A DNA stretch of 64,000 nucleotides from Gemmatimonas sp. (GCA_965279375.1 OZ257156.1:4928001-4992000); one strand, 5' to 3'. Counted from the stretch's first letter, positions 39,096 to 48,769 are shown. Notes: generated by a model not told the origin, from the letters alone. Program-made: numbers and translations.

Positions 39096-39881
39096 CTAAC
39101 GTCCGGTTACTGCCGGTCGCAGGATGTCGCGCACCCAGCGGTACTGCGGCTCGAGTGCGAGCGCCTTGTCATACGCCGCCCGCGCCGCGGCCGCGTTGCC
39201 GCGCTCCTTCTCCATCTGCCCCAACCACGCGTACGCTTCCGCAGCCCCCCACGCGGGTAGCGGTCGCACGGGTGCATCCGACGCGAAGGCGGCGACCGCC
39301 TTCTGCACGAGCGCGTAGCCCTTGTCCTTGCCACCGCCCCACATCGATGGCGTGAACCATGCGGCGACGCCAGCGAGCAGGAGCACGCGCGGATTGGTCG
39401 GTCCGAGCACGCGCGCACTGTCGCCCGCCTCGGAGGCCGCCGATCCGTAACGCATGCCGGCGACCATGCCTGTGCCAGCCATCGTACCCAGGCACGAGGA
39501 GAGGAGCGCCTGCGTTTCGGGCAGCGATCGTGCAGCCGCCGAGCGCCGCAGGAAATCGATCGCCTTGAGCAACATCGCTTCCTGCGCATCGGAGATCGTC
39601 TCGTCGTCGCGCTGACGCATCACCTCGCGATAGAGACCGTAGCCACGAAAGTGCAGCAGCAGCGGATCGTTGGGGAACGCCGTCAGCGCCTTGTCGAGCA
39701 TCGCGCCCGCCGCGGCGAGTGCAGCCGCATCGTCGTCGCGCGCGGCCCGTTCGATCACCACGCGCGCGCTGTCTGCCCAGCGCGCGCTACCCGTGAGCGG
39801 CGTAGCGGGTTGTTGCGCCGAAAGCGGCGACACCAGCGGCAATGCAATCGTGAGAGACAGCAACATGGCAGCGACGAGCAT
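39096..39881 (-). CDS. Exported TPR-like protein (start approximate)
   Basis: Signal peptide, PTNPRV...TPSMWGG, AYAWLGQ...AYDKALALEP. Confidence 0.8.
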   Translation of the reverse strand: MLVAAMLLSLTIALPLVSPLSAQQPATPLTGSARWADSARVVIERAARDDDAAALAAAGAMLDKALTAFPNDPLLLHFRGYGLYREVMRQRDDETISDAQEAMLLKAIDFLRRSAAARSLPETQALLSSCLGTMAGTGMVAGMRYGSAASEAGDSARVLGPTNPRVLLLAGVAAWFTPSMWGGGKDKGYALVQKAVAAFASDAPVRPLPAWGAAEAYAWLGQMEKERGNAAAARAAYDKALALEPQYRWVRDILRPAVTGR

Positions 39882-39894
39882 ACGTCGCAGCGTG

Positions 39895-42123
39895 TCAGTT
39901 GAGAAGTGTAGCGCCGACATAAAGAGCCCGATTGAAGGGAGCACGAACCGGCAGACGCTCGCGATAGTCGGCACTCCACCGATACCGCATCACGTTGCCG
40001 CGATTGAAGACGTTGGACAGGTCACCCCACAGCACCATGGCACGTCCACTGCCGATAGGCCGATACCAACTGGCGGAGACATCGCTGCGCCAATACGACG
40101 GCAGCCGTTCCGCATTCGGTGCACCGAAGACGGGTGATGCACGTCCGTTCTGCTGCACCACGTCCACGATGTCGGTGAACGGGCGCCCGGTGGCATGACG
40201 TAGCGCCGTGCTGATCGTGAGGGGACCGATGTGGCGCTCGGTGATCCAGCTGACCGAATGCCGCACGTCGCCGATCGCCGGAGCGTCGATGCCCGTGTCA
40301 GGATCATCTCGGTGCGAGCGCACGACGCTCCACGCCACGCGGCTACGTGCCGACGCGCTCATGCGGAATCGCAGCAGTAGATCCACGCCGCGCGCGTGCC
40401 CCGCGCCGTTCCCCGCTACGCCGAAGTCGCGCGTGAACTGCCAGAGATTCGCATACGCCTTGTCGTAGAACTCAACGCGCAGCCCCGTGCTGTCGCCGCC
40501 CCACTGCATGCCCACGATCGATTCGCGCACCCGCATCGGGTCGAACGCACGCTCACCACCTTCGGGGCGATAGAACGTGGGCTCGGCGACCTGATGCAGC
40601 ACGCCCCACGCCGCCGTGAAGCCGAGTGTGCCACGCTGCCACGCCACTGACAGACGCGGGTCCACCGTGCGCACGCCAGTGATGGTGGCGCGGTCGGTGC
40701 GCACGCCACCGGCAATGCGTACACCGTGCGTGTTGCGCGCGACGGCCTCCACGAACGCGCCCGTCCGATCGCTCCGCACGTCGGCCACAAAGAGCGGTCT
40801 TGCGGCGCTGTCGCGACTGGTGAGCATGCCATCGTAGTAGGCGTCGAGACGCTCCACGTCCCCGCCCACGCGCAGTTCGAGCCCGCGGTCGGAATGCCAA
40901 CCCAATGAGCCCACGACATGCGTGGCACCGAGTCGCGTTCCGAATTGCGTCCCGTCCACCGTCTCGCGCCGGTCTACTGTGGAGCGCGCGACGGTGACAG
41001 CGGGACGAAGTACCGTTGCGCTGTCTCGCCACGAAAGCACGAGCATCTCCTGCCCCGTGCTCGCGGCATAGCGGCTGCCGCTCTGCACGCCAGCATCGCC
41101 GACGCCTACTCGTGACGCATCGCGCAATCCGAACAAACGGATCCGTCCGGCTTTGCTGCTCTGCCACTCGACGGTGCCGCTCACGTCGCCGCCACGCGGT
41201 GGTGGATCGTACGGCTGTGCCTCGCCAAAGATCGCCACCAGCGGCGTCAGCGATCGCACGTTCGCCGTCGCGCGTACCCCCAGTCGCGCGTGCGGTGCGA
41301 GCGCCGCGGACACTCCTGCGCTCCCCACCGACAGCGTCGCGCTGCCCGTCGACTTGGCGGGGCGCCCAGCGGTTTCCATGCGCACGAGTCCGGAGAGTGC
41401 ATTGCCGTACTGGGCGCCAAATCCGCCCGCGGCGAAGACGGTCCGCTCGAGCAGGAACGGATTGACGGTCGCGGTGCTGTGGCCGAGTGGATTGTCGAAG
41501 CGTGCAGGTGAGAGAAGCCACGCGTCGTCCAGCAAGACGCGAGTCTCTGTGACATCGCCACCGCGCACGAAGAGCCCACTGCCTTCGTCCACCGCCTGTG
41601 GCCCTGGCAGCGTCTGCAGCGCCTTCGCGACGTTGGCCGCCGCGCCCGGTGTCTGTGCCACTTCCAGCGGTGTCAGCGTCGCCGAACGACCCGCGCCCAG
41701 CGTGTACTCGCCTGCCGCCACCACCGTCAGGGTGGAAAGCGACGGCGGCATCGGCTGGATCGCGAGCGCGATCGCCGTATCCAGTGGTACGCTCACATCT
41801 AGAGTCGCTGGCACGAATCCTACGCGACGCGCGACCAGGGTCGCGATGCCGCGATGCACCGTGCGCAACACGAAGGCACCGGCGCTGTCCGTTTCGCTTC
41901 GCTCCAGCGTTTCCAGCAGACTCACCGACACGCCGACTGCGCCTTTCCCTGACGGCAGCCGGACGATGCCGCGAACGACCGACGCTGCGTTGGTCTGCGC
42001 ATCCGCCGTCGCGCAGAGACCGGACGTCGCGCTGACGATCACGAGTGCATGCAGCGCGGCTCGTGCAATGCGCCTCAGGTCAGCGCATGGACTCGGTGCG
42101 TGGAAACGGAAAGAGGGTCGCAT
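39895..42123 (-). CDS. TonB-dependent receptor
   Basis: Carboxypeptidase-regulatory-like N-domain, plug LQTLPG...LFVRGGD, DPRLSVAW, ARGVDLLL, RLPSYWRSD, NVFNR. Confidence 0.9.
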   Translation of the reverse strand: MRPSFRFHAPSPCADLRRIARAALHALVIVSATSGLCATADAQTNAASVVRGIVRLPSGKGAVGVSVSLLETLERSETDSAGAFVLRTVHRGIATLVARRVGFVPATLDVSVPLDTAIALAIQPMPPSLSTLTVVAAGEYTLGAGRSATLTPLEVAQTPGAAANVAKALQTLPGPQAVDEGSGLFVRGGDVTETRVLLDDAWLLSPARFDNPLGHSTATVNPFLLERTVFAAGGFGAQYGNALSGLVRMETAGRPAKSTGSATLSVGSAGVSAALAPHARLGVRATANVRSLTPLVAIFGEAQPYDPPPRGGDVSGTVEWQSSKAGRIRLFGLRDASRVGVGDAGVQSGSRYAASTGQEMLVLSWRDSATVLRPAVTVARSTVDRRETVDGTQFGTRLGATHVVGSLGWHSDRGLELRVGGDVERLDAYYDGMLTSRDSAARPLFVADVRSDRTGAFVEAVARNTHGVRIAGGVRTDRATITGVRTVDPRLSVAWQRGTLGFTAAWGVLHQVAEPTFYRPEGGERAFDPMRVRESIVGMQWGGDSTGLRVEFYDKAYANLWQFTRDFGVAGNGAGHARGVDLLLRFRMSASARSRVAWSVVRSHRDDPDTGIDAPAIGDVRHSVSWITERHIGPLTISTALRHATGRPFTDIVDVVQQNGRASPVFGAPNAERLPSYWRSDVSASWYRPIGSGRAMVLWGDLSNVFNRGNVMRYRWSADYRERLPVRAPFNRALYVGATLLN

Positions 42124-42160
42124 ACACCGGAGCGTACGCGACCCTCATGCAACTTCACGT

Positions 42161-42196
42161 CAACGAATCGGCGAACCGACACAACGAGTCGGCGAA
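42161..42196 (-). promoter_or_regulatory. LytTR-type direct repeat (15 bp, 21-bp period)
   Basis: CAACGAATCGGCGAA (42161) and CAACGAGTCGGCGAA (42182), upstream of the TBDR-TPR-LytS-LytTR operon. Confidence 0.7.
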
Positions 42197-42227
42197 TGGT
42201 GCAGCACGCTGCCCGAGTGCGCTCTTC

Positions 42228-44015
42228 CTACCGCTCGCCGCGAATGCGGATCGTCTGCGTGGTGCTGTCGGTGATGCCCGCCCCGGCGACAATGAGCGTC
42301 AACTGATACTCGCCCGGTGCGACCGGCGGGAACGTGAGCGTCAGGCTGCGACCCGGCTGCCCATCGGGACGGCCGTTGTCGTTGTACTTGATCGATACCG
42401 GCGTGACCGACTTGGACAAGCCGATCGAGCTGCCAAGCTTCTGGAAGAAGCTCGCACCGACACGCGTCGCACGAACGGACACCTGCAGTGGTGCAGCTGG
42501 CGTCGCGACCCGATACATCTCCCAGTACAAGCCGACCGTCGCACCGCGCTCGATTTCGAGCGAGCCGTACGCCTGCAGCGCATTTCGCTCGAGCGTGGGC
42601 GTGGCCGTCGGATCGCCGCGCTGCAGCAACAGATAGTCGGACAGTCGCGCGCCCGACTGGAGCGGCTGCACGGTGGTGCGCACGCGGGTCGCCCGCTTGC
42701 CTGCGGGCGCAACCACTTCAATGCTGGCCAACATCGGCGCGCCGCGGAGCGGCGCGAGCAACGCCCCGTTGGCGCCGGCGCTGTCGCGCCTCACCACGAT
42801 CGGCGCATTGCCGTCCATGCCGTCGAGCACGAGCGCCGCATTGTACGGCGCCTTGCCCATCTCCAGTTCGCGCACGAGACGGAAACCGCCAGCCACGAGC
42901 GTCGTGTCACCGCGACGGAAGCGCGCGATCTGGTGCGGCACGTCGGCGAAACCGCTGGCGTAGCGCGGCGCATAACGCATGCGCGCCTTGGCGCGGCGAA
43001 GTGCCCAATCGGCCGACGATGCACCGATCGGCGTCGCCAACGCCTTGGGCGACGCCATGAAATCGTAGCTGGGCGTGGGTTCGTGTCCGATCACCTGCGG
43101 CGGACGCGGATCGGCCACACCGCCGTTCTGCACCGACCAGTTGGTGGGCCAGCCGTAGCGCACCTGCGACTCGAGCAGGTCATCGCCCCACGTCATGTCG
43201 TAGGGAATGCGACCGAGCGATTGCACGCGCGAGATCGTGCGGCGCGACAAGAGTTCGTTGCGAACGTCGTTGGCCGGCAGCGACCAGAGCGGCTGCGCGA
43301 GGCGAAAGATTCGCGCGTTTTCGGCGTCGCGCTGCGCACAGGCGATGCGTTGATACGCGGCGTGCGCCGGGACTTCCAGCCACATCGTGACATCGGTCCA
43401 CGCGCACTTCTGCGACTCGGGCATCGCTGCCAAGGCACGATCGAACGCGGTTGCCGATTCCACGTGCCGGTTGGCGTTGTGGTACGCGAGCCCCTGCAGG
43501 GCAGCGCACCACCACGCGGTGCCTGCGCAGGCGCGCGCGGCGGTCACGGCGAGATCGGGCTTGTCGCCTTCGACGGCGTAGCGCACGCGCATGCCGCTCA
43601 CCCAATCATCGGTCGGGTCGGCGGCCTGTGCCTGGCCAAGCAGATCGAGCAGCTGATCACGCTCGAGCTTCGCGTCGTTGCGTTCGGCTGGCGGCGGGAC
43701 ATCGCCGTTGTTGTTCCAGTAGCAGATGCGACCGAGCGGCACTTCGCAGGTGGCGTCGGCGCCGCCGTTGTAAAAGCGCAGGCCGAGGCGGTGATTGCGC
43801 TCGAAGTTGTCCTGCAGCGATCGCGCCTGCGACGACAGCGGTCCGAGCTTGGAGGCGACGCCCCTGAGCGGATCGGCCGGCGCCATCTGTTGCGCGGCCG
43901 CGGAGCGCGCCGTGTCGGCGGGCGGCGTGCCCTGCGCCAACGACAGCGTTGGCGCGAAGGCAGCAGTGACGAGCGTGAACAGCGAAACGAACACGAGACG
44001 CGGGGTCGACACCAA
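42228..44015 (-). CDS. Large exported hypothetical protein (TPR-like, GWxTD-like region, C-terminal Ig-like)
   Basis: GGAGA RBS, signal peptide, Cys pairs, PLWSLPANDVRNE...VRYGWP, VGLYWEMY, PGEYQLTLIV. Confidence 0.8.
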   Translation of the reverse strand: MVSTPRLVFVSLFTLVTAAFAPTLSLAQGTPPADTARSAAAQQMAPADPLRGVASKLGPLSSQARSLQDNFERNHRLGLRFYNGGADATCEVPLGRICYWNNNGDVPPPAERNDAKLERDQLLDLLGQAQAADPTDDWVSGMRVRYAVEGDKPDLAVTAARACAGTAWWCAALQGLAYHNANRHVESATAFDRALAAMPESQKCAWTDVTMWLEVPAHAAYQRIACAQRDAENARIFRLAQPLWSLPANDVRNELLSRRTISRVQSLGRIPYDMTWGDDLLESQVRYGWPTNWSVQNGGVADPRPPQVIGHEPTPSYDFMASPKALATPIGASSADWALRRAKARMRYAPRYASGFADVPHQIARFRRGDTTLVAGGFRLVRELEMGKAPYNAALVLDGMDGNAPIVVRRDSAGANGALLAPLRGAPMLASIEVVAPAGKRATRVRTTVQPLQSGARLSDYLLLQRGDPTATPTLERNALQAYGSLEIERGATVGLYWEMYRVATPAAPLQVSVRATRVGASFFQKLGSSIGLSKSVTPVSIKYNDNGRPDGQPGRSLTLTFPPVAPGEYQLTLIVAGAGITDSTTQTIRIRGER

Positions 44016-44094
44016 TGATTCTCCGAGAGGAAAACGACAACGGAAGACTAACGTCTCGTCGCGTACCCGGCATCGGAGCCGACCCCGGCGTACG

Positions 44095-44712
44095 CTAGAA
44101 CGAGAGCTTGGCGCCTGCCGTCAACGCCCAGTTGTGTGCAAGGTTGCCTTCGGCACGGAAGCCGACGGCTTGCTGCGAGTTGAAGCGACCAATCCAGTCC
44201 TTCGCCTGTACCCGCAAGCCGAGTCCAGGAGTCAGGCCGACATCGACACCGACCGCGGCCGTGTACGCCACGTTCGACGCGCGCGTGCTGAAGAGGCGGT
44301 TCTTGATGTCATTGGTCATGCCACCGATGCCGCCTGCAACGAACGGCGCGATCCCTGCCGTCTTGTTCCCCAACCCGCCGAGCTCGACGGCAGCGTCGTA
44401 GAGCCAAGTCTTCGTCGACCCCACGTTGACACCGCCGATGAGCGGCAACCCTACGCGCAGGTCGCCAGCCGCGTAGGCGAGATTGCCCACGAGTGAGATG
44501 CCGGACGTGAGCGGGATGCTGGCCTGCGCGCCGACCATCGGCGCGTTGGTGGTGGAGAGGCTCGTGCCCACCGGGCCGTCGTACCAGTTGCCGGTGACGA
44601 GGTAGCCCGCGTACGGGGTGACCGTAGCGCCAACACCCGTCTGGGCCGTGGCACTGTGAACGGCGAGGAGAGCAGCGCTAGTTGCGAGCGCGAGACGAAC
44701 AGACAGACGCAT
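44095..44712 (-). CDS. Outer membrane beta-barrel protein (OmpA/OmpW-like 8-strand)
   Basis: Signal peptide (ATA-Q), APFVAGGIG, alternating strands, C-terminal AGAKLSF. Confidence 0.88.
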   Translation of the reverse strand: MRLSVRLALATSAALLAVHSATAQTGVGATVTPYAGYLVTGNWYDGPVGTSLSTTNAPMVGAQASIPLTSGISLVGNLAYAAGDLRVGLPLIGGVNVGSTKTWLYDAAVELGGLGNKTAGIAPFVAGGIGGMTNDIKNRLFSTRASNVAYTAAVGVDVGLTPGLGLRVQAKDWIGRFNSQQAVGFRAEGNLAHNWALTAGAKLSF

Positions 44713-44744
44713 GGAGACTCCGTGAAGGGTTCGGGTCACCATGG

Positions 44745-44850
44745 TGCATGTCCCGCGCCGATCCGAGCCCGTGCCGCAAACACATACGCGGCAATGATTT
44801 ACTCACGGAATTGCAATCCAGCGCACAATTGCCCGTCTCAAAAATGAGAC
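44745..44850 (-). promoter_or_regulatory. Sigma54-like promoter plus upstream palindrome (candidate enhancer)
   Basis: Minus strand CGGCGCGGGACATGCA (GG-N10-GC, 44760-44745); perfect palindrome GTCTCA-AAAA-TGAGAC at 44835-44850. Confidence 0.5.
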
Positions 44851-44884
44851 ATGGACGAGTTGGTGCGGTGGACGAGGATGGCCG

Positions 44885-45313
44885 CTACGCCACGGGATCG
44901 CGAAACCCTGCGTCGCGATGCGCACCGTCGCAGAACGGCTTACGACGAGAGTGGCCGCAGCGACAGAGCGCGACCCGCGTGTCCTGCAGGATCTCGTTTC
45001 CCTCCGCATCCACGATCCGAACATCGCCGCGAACCATCAACGGGCCGTTCCGCCCAACCTGCACGGTGCAGTCGTTTTGCACCGGCGGCACCGGAACGCC
45101 ATCGATAGCCACCTGCAGCGCGCCGGTGGGACAGCGGTGCACGATCTGCACGATCTCCTCGACAGCTGCCGCCTCGGGACGGATCCAGGGTCGGGCCTTC
45201 GGATCGAACACGGCGGGGAGTCCGCGCACACACACAGCGGAATGAATGCAGCGCCCCAGATCGAAGTGCACCGACAGCGAATCATGCGCGTAAACCTGCA
45301 ATCGCTTGCTCAT
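44885..45313 (-). CDS. Divergent 4Fe-4S (DUF1271-like) plus CDGSH iron-sulfur domain protein
   Basis: RCIHSAVCVRGLPAVF...RPWI...CPTGAL; NGPL; LCRCGHSRRKPFCDGAH. Confidence 0.92.
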   Translation of the reverse strand: MSKRLQVYAHDSLSVHFDLGRCIHSAVCVRGLPAVFDPKARPWIRPEAAAVEEIVQIVHRCPTGALQVAIDGVPVPPVQNDCTVQVGRNGPLMVRGDVRIVDAEGNEILQDTRVALCRCGHSRRKPFCDGAHRDAGFRDPVA

Positions 45314-45344
45314 GCCATGCCCTCCACGGGTGAGGCGCGCTCGA

Positions 45345-46112
45345 TCACGCCACTCCGTCCTCGGGCATCTGCGGCCCGCGCAGATGCACCGCCTTCTGCT
45401 GCTTGGCGCGCGCCCGGATGTTGAGCATCTCCACAATCACGGAGAACGCCATCGACATGTACGTGTAGCCCTTGGGGATGTGCTGCCCCAGCCCTTCGGC
45501 CACGAGGTTGGTGCCGATGAGCACGAGGAACGAGAGCGCCAGCATCTTGATGGTCGGGTGCTTGTCCACGAACGCGCTGATCGACTTCGCCGCGAAGAGC
45601 ATCCCGATCAACGCGATGACGTTGGCGGCAATCATGATGCTCACGTGCTCCGCCATGCCGACGGCCGTGATGACCGAGTCCAGCGAGAAGATGATGTCGA
45701 TGAACATGATCTGCGTGACCGTGCCCCACAGCGAACGCGCGGGGCCCTTGGCGGCCGCTTCCTCGTGTTCCGGACCTTCGAGCTTCTCGTGAATCTCCAT
45801 GGTGGCCTTGCCGATCAGAAACAGGCCGCCAACGACGAGAATGAGATCGCGTCCGGAAAACGCATGTTCGAAGAGCGTGAACAACGGCTCGGTCAGTCGC
45901 ATCACCCAGGTGATCGACAGCAGCAACAGCACGCGCGTGACGAACGCGCCCATCAATCCGAACGAGCGCGCCTTCGGCCGGTCGGCCTCGGGGAGCTTGC
46001 CGCTCATGATCGAGATGAAGATGATGTTGTCGATTCCCAACACGATCTCGAGGATGGACAGCGTCAGCAGCGACAGCCATGCGTTCGGATCGGAGAGCAG
46101 TTCGAGATTCAT
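45345..46112 (-). CDS. TerC family membrane protein
   Basis: LEIVLGIDNIIFI, GRDLILVVGGLFL, DIIFSLDSVITAVG, HPTIKMLALSFL, PKGY. Confidence 0.95.
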   Translation of the reverse strand: MNLELLSDPNAWLSLLTLSILEIVLGIDNIIFISIMSGKLPEADRPKARSFGLMGAFVTRVLLLLSITWVMRLTEPLFTLFEHAFSGRDLILVVGGLFLIGKATMEIHEKLEGPEHEEAAAKGPARSLWGTVTQIMFIDIIFSLDSVITAVGMAEHVSIMIAANVIALIGMLFAAKSISAFVDKHPTIKMLALSFLVLIGTNLVAEGLGQHIPKGYTYMSMAFSVIVEMLNIRARAKQQKAVHLRGPQMPEDGVA

Positions 46113-46141
46113 TCGTGCATCACTCGTGTCTCACGCAGTCA

Positions 46142-47320
46142 TCACTGCGTGCAGGGGGCGCCGACTGCGGGAACCGGACGGTCCACGCGCGGTCTGGCGT
46201 CGTTGTTGGCGATCGTGCGCAGCAGCGCGCTGACGTAGCGCGTGACGCGGGTGTAGTGCGGGAAATCGATGTACTGCGCCTCGTCGGTCACTTCGTGGTA
46301 GTCCTCATGCAGATTGGTGAACATGAAGACGATGGGAATGCCACGACGAGCGTAGTTCCAATGGTCCGAGCGACAGTAGATCGCCTCCGGATGCCCGTCC
46401 GCGTCGAGCGAGTGGTCGAGCGTGAACGGTGTGGACTGCGACGCGTTGACGTCGTTGACGATGCGTGCGAGGTCGGAAGACAGGCGCCGCGGTCCGATGA
46501 CGCTCAGGTAGTTCGGCCCGCCCGACGCGAGATCGCGCGCGCTGCCGCGGCCGATCATGTCGATGTTGAGCTGGGCCACGATCTGTCGCAGCGGCACCGT
46601 GGGATGTTCGGTGAATTCGCTGGAGCCGTTGAGATCGATCTCTTCGCCCGTATGCCACACGAACAGCACCGAGCGTCGCAGCGGCGTCTTGCTGCTCGCC
46701 AGCTGCTCGGCGATCTCCAGCAGCGCCATGGAGCCGGAGCCATCGTCGTCGGCGCCATTGTTGATCGAATCGGGGCGCGCGGGACGGATGCGTCGGAGCG
46801 CCGCGACGTCCACCCGAATGGCGCGACGCTTCGCCCGCGACAGCTCAGGCGCGCCCGCCACGCGACCGCGCGCACTCCACACCGCGCGATCGTAGGCGCG
46901 CAGTGAATCGTGGTCCACGGGGCCGCCTGCACGGAATCCGATGTGATCGCTGTGTGCCCCCAGCGCCACGTACTCGGCGCGCAGCTTGGAATCCGCGCCG
47001 GGAAGAATCGCGACGACGTTGCGCGACCAGGCACTGTCCGACTCCCCCGACCGCACGCGTACACGCTGGAAGTAGCTCCCGTTGTCGCCGGCTGGTTTGA
47101 GGCCAAGACGGGTCAGCTCGCCGGCGATGTAGGCCGTCGCGCGTACGTGTCCGCGAGAGCCAGCGCGCCGGCCCTCCATCGAGTCGTCGGCAAAGATGAA
47201 GAGGCGCGTGCGCAGGTCGGCCTCTTCGATGCGGGCGGCGGTACGCGCCGGGGACGCCTGTGGCCCGAGGGAGACCGCAATGGCTGCAACGAGCGCCAGC
47301 GGCACGAGCGTACGTCTCAT
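46142..47320 (-). CDS. M28 family metallopeptidase, exported
   Basis: DSMEGR, GAHSDH, NGADDDGSG, TGEE, NIDMIG, RSDH, DYHEVTDE. Confidence 0.93.
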   Translation of the reverse strand: MRRTLVPLALVAAIAVSLGPQASPARTAARIEEADLRTRLFIFADDSMEGRRAGSRGHVRATAYIAGELTRLGLKPAGDNGSYFQRVRVRSGESDSAWSRNVVAILPGADSKLRAEYVALGAHSDHIGFRAGGPVDHDSLRAYDRAVWSARGRVAGAPELSRAKRRAIRVDVAALRRIRPARPDSINNGADDDGSGSMALLEIAEQLASSKTPLRRSVLFVWHTGEEIDLNGSSEFTEHPTVPLRQIVAQLNIDMIGRGSARDLASGGPNYLSVIGPRRLSSDLARIVNDVNASQSTPFTLDHSLDADGHPEAIYCRSDHWNYARRGIPIVFMFTNLHEDYHEVTDEAQYIDFPHYTRVTRYVSALLRTIANNDARPRVDRPVPAVGAPCTQ

Positions 47321-47395
47321 TCGAGGCGGGTGTGGGCGCGCATAGACTGCTGCAAGGTCGCACGTGGGCGGCCGCGGTTCAACTAAGTTCCGGTC

Positions 47396-48127
47396 ATGTC
47401 TGCCACCACCGTTTCCGACTCCATCACCCGCAAGCCGGCTGTCGTGCTGCTCTCGGGTGGGCTCGACTCTTCGACTGCGCTCGCCGTGGCGCGGCGCGAC
47501 GGCTTCACGCCGTACGCGATGACCTTTCGCTATGGACAACGGCATTCCGTCGAGATCGATGCGGCGCGTCGGGTCGCTGCGGCCCAGGGTGTGGAAGCGC
47601 ACGTCGTGGTGGACATCGACCTTCGGCAGTGGGGCGGCTCGGCGCTCACCAGCGACGTCGCCGTGCCCAAGGACCGGGATGTGGCCGCCGCGAGTGACGA
47701 GATTCCAGTCACGTATGTGCCGGCGCGCAACACGATCTTTCTCTCGTTTGCGCTCGCTTGGGCCGAAGTGCTGGGAGCGCAGGCGATCTTCATCGGCGTG
47801 AATGCGCTCGACTACTCGGGGTATCCCGACTGCCGCCCCGAGTACATCGACGCCTTCGTGCACATGGCCAACCTCGCCACGCGGGCAGGCGTGGAGGGGA
47901 CGCAGCGGCTCGAAATCCGTGCACCGCTGCAGTACCTGACCAAGGCGCAGATCGTCGCGCTGGGGCAGTCGCTGGGCGTGGACTACAGCCTGACCACCAG
48001 CTGCTACGACCCGGCCGAAGACGGGACCGCCTGTGGCCGTTGCGATGCCTGCCAGCTGCGACTGAACGGCTTTGCGGCGGCGGGCGCGCAAGACCCGATC
48101 GCTTACGCCTCGCCGGCCGAGGAGTAA
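47396..48127 (+). CDS. queC: 7-cyano-7-deazaguanine synthase
   Basis: SGGLDS, YGQRH, YVPARN, YPDCRP, SCY...CGRCDAC. Confidence 0.97.
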   Translation: MSATTVSDSITRKPAVVLLSGGLDSSTALAVARRDGFTPYAMTFRYGQRHSVEIDAARRVAAAQGVEAHVVVDIDLRQWGGSALTSDVAVPKDRDVAAASDEIPVTYVPARNTIFLSFALAWAEVLGAQAIFIGVNALDYSGYPDCRPEYIDAFVHMANLATRAGVEGTQRLEIRAPLQYLTKAQIVALGQSLGVDYSLTTSCYDPAEDGTACGRCDACQLRLNGFAAAGAQDPIAYASPAEE

Positions 48128-48130
48128 CCG

Positions 48131-48769
48131 ATGGCCTATACGGTCAAGGAGTGCTTCTACACGCTGCAGGGCGAAGGGCTGAACGCGGGGCGGGCCGCCG
48201 TCTTCTGCCGTTTTTCCGGCTGCAACCTGTGGACGGGGCGTGAGGCGGATCGGGCAACGGCCGTCTGCACGTTCTGCGATACCGACTTCGTCGGGGTAGG
48301 ACCGGACGGCGGCAAGTTCGCCGACGCGGAGTCGTTGGCGGCGTTCGTCGCGAGCCGCTGGCCTGCCGATGCGCCGGCCGACGTCCAAAAGCTGGTGGTG
48401 TGCACCGGTGGCGAGCCGTTGCTGCAGCTGGACGAGGCCGCGATCGACGCGCTGCATGCGGCGGGCTTCGAGATTGCCGTGGAGACCAACGGTACCCAGC
48501 CAGCGCCCGCGGGATTGGACTGGATCTGCGTGAGCCCCAAGGCCGAGGCCCCCGTGGTTTTGATGGCGGGGGACGAGCTCAAGCTGGTCTTCCCACAGCC
48601 GACAGCGATGCCCGAGCGGTTCGAGCATCTGGCCTTTCGCCATTTCCTGCTGCAGCCGATGGACGGCCCGAACCAGCGCGAGAACACGGCGGCGGCGCTG
48701 GCCTACTGCCTCGCCCATCCGCGGTGGCGGCTCTCAGTGCAGACCCACAAGTCGCTCGGCATTCGGTAG
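48131..48769 (+). CDS. queE: 7-carboxy-7-deazaguanine synthase (CX14CX2C variant radical SAM)
   Basis: FYTLQGEG, CNLWTGREADRATAVCTFCDTDF, TGGEP, ETNG, SPK, LSVQTHK. Confidence 0.96.
   Translation: MAYTVKECFYTLQGEGLNAGRAAVFCRFSGCNLWTGREADRATAVCTFCDTDFVGVGPDGGKFADAESLAAFVASRWPADAPADVQKLVVCTGGEPLLQLDEAAIDALHAAGFEIAVETNGTQPAPAGLDWICVSPKAEAPVVLMAGDELKLVFPQPTAMPERFEHLAFRHFLLQPMDGPNQRENTAAALAYCLAHPRWRLSVQTHKSLGIR

Noticed and set aside
39895..39910. TonB receptor ends in Asn rather than the usual Phe
   Set aside because: The last strand (LYVGATLL) is otherwise normal; not enough to call truncation
45310..46080. 256-aa alternative-frame ORF overlapping terC
   Set aside because: Arg/His-rich off-frame translation of a clear TerC gene
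47321..47395. preQ1 riboswitch upstream of queC (GGTTC...AACTAAG)
   Set aside because: No P1 stem or A-rich tail; the TAAGTT hexamer 6 nt before the ATG points to a leaderless promoter
47321..48718. N-terminal extension of the 858-aa minus-strand ORF
   Set aside because: Antisense shadow of queC/queE; the M28 peptidase starts at 47320 with a signal peptide
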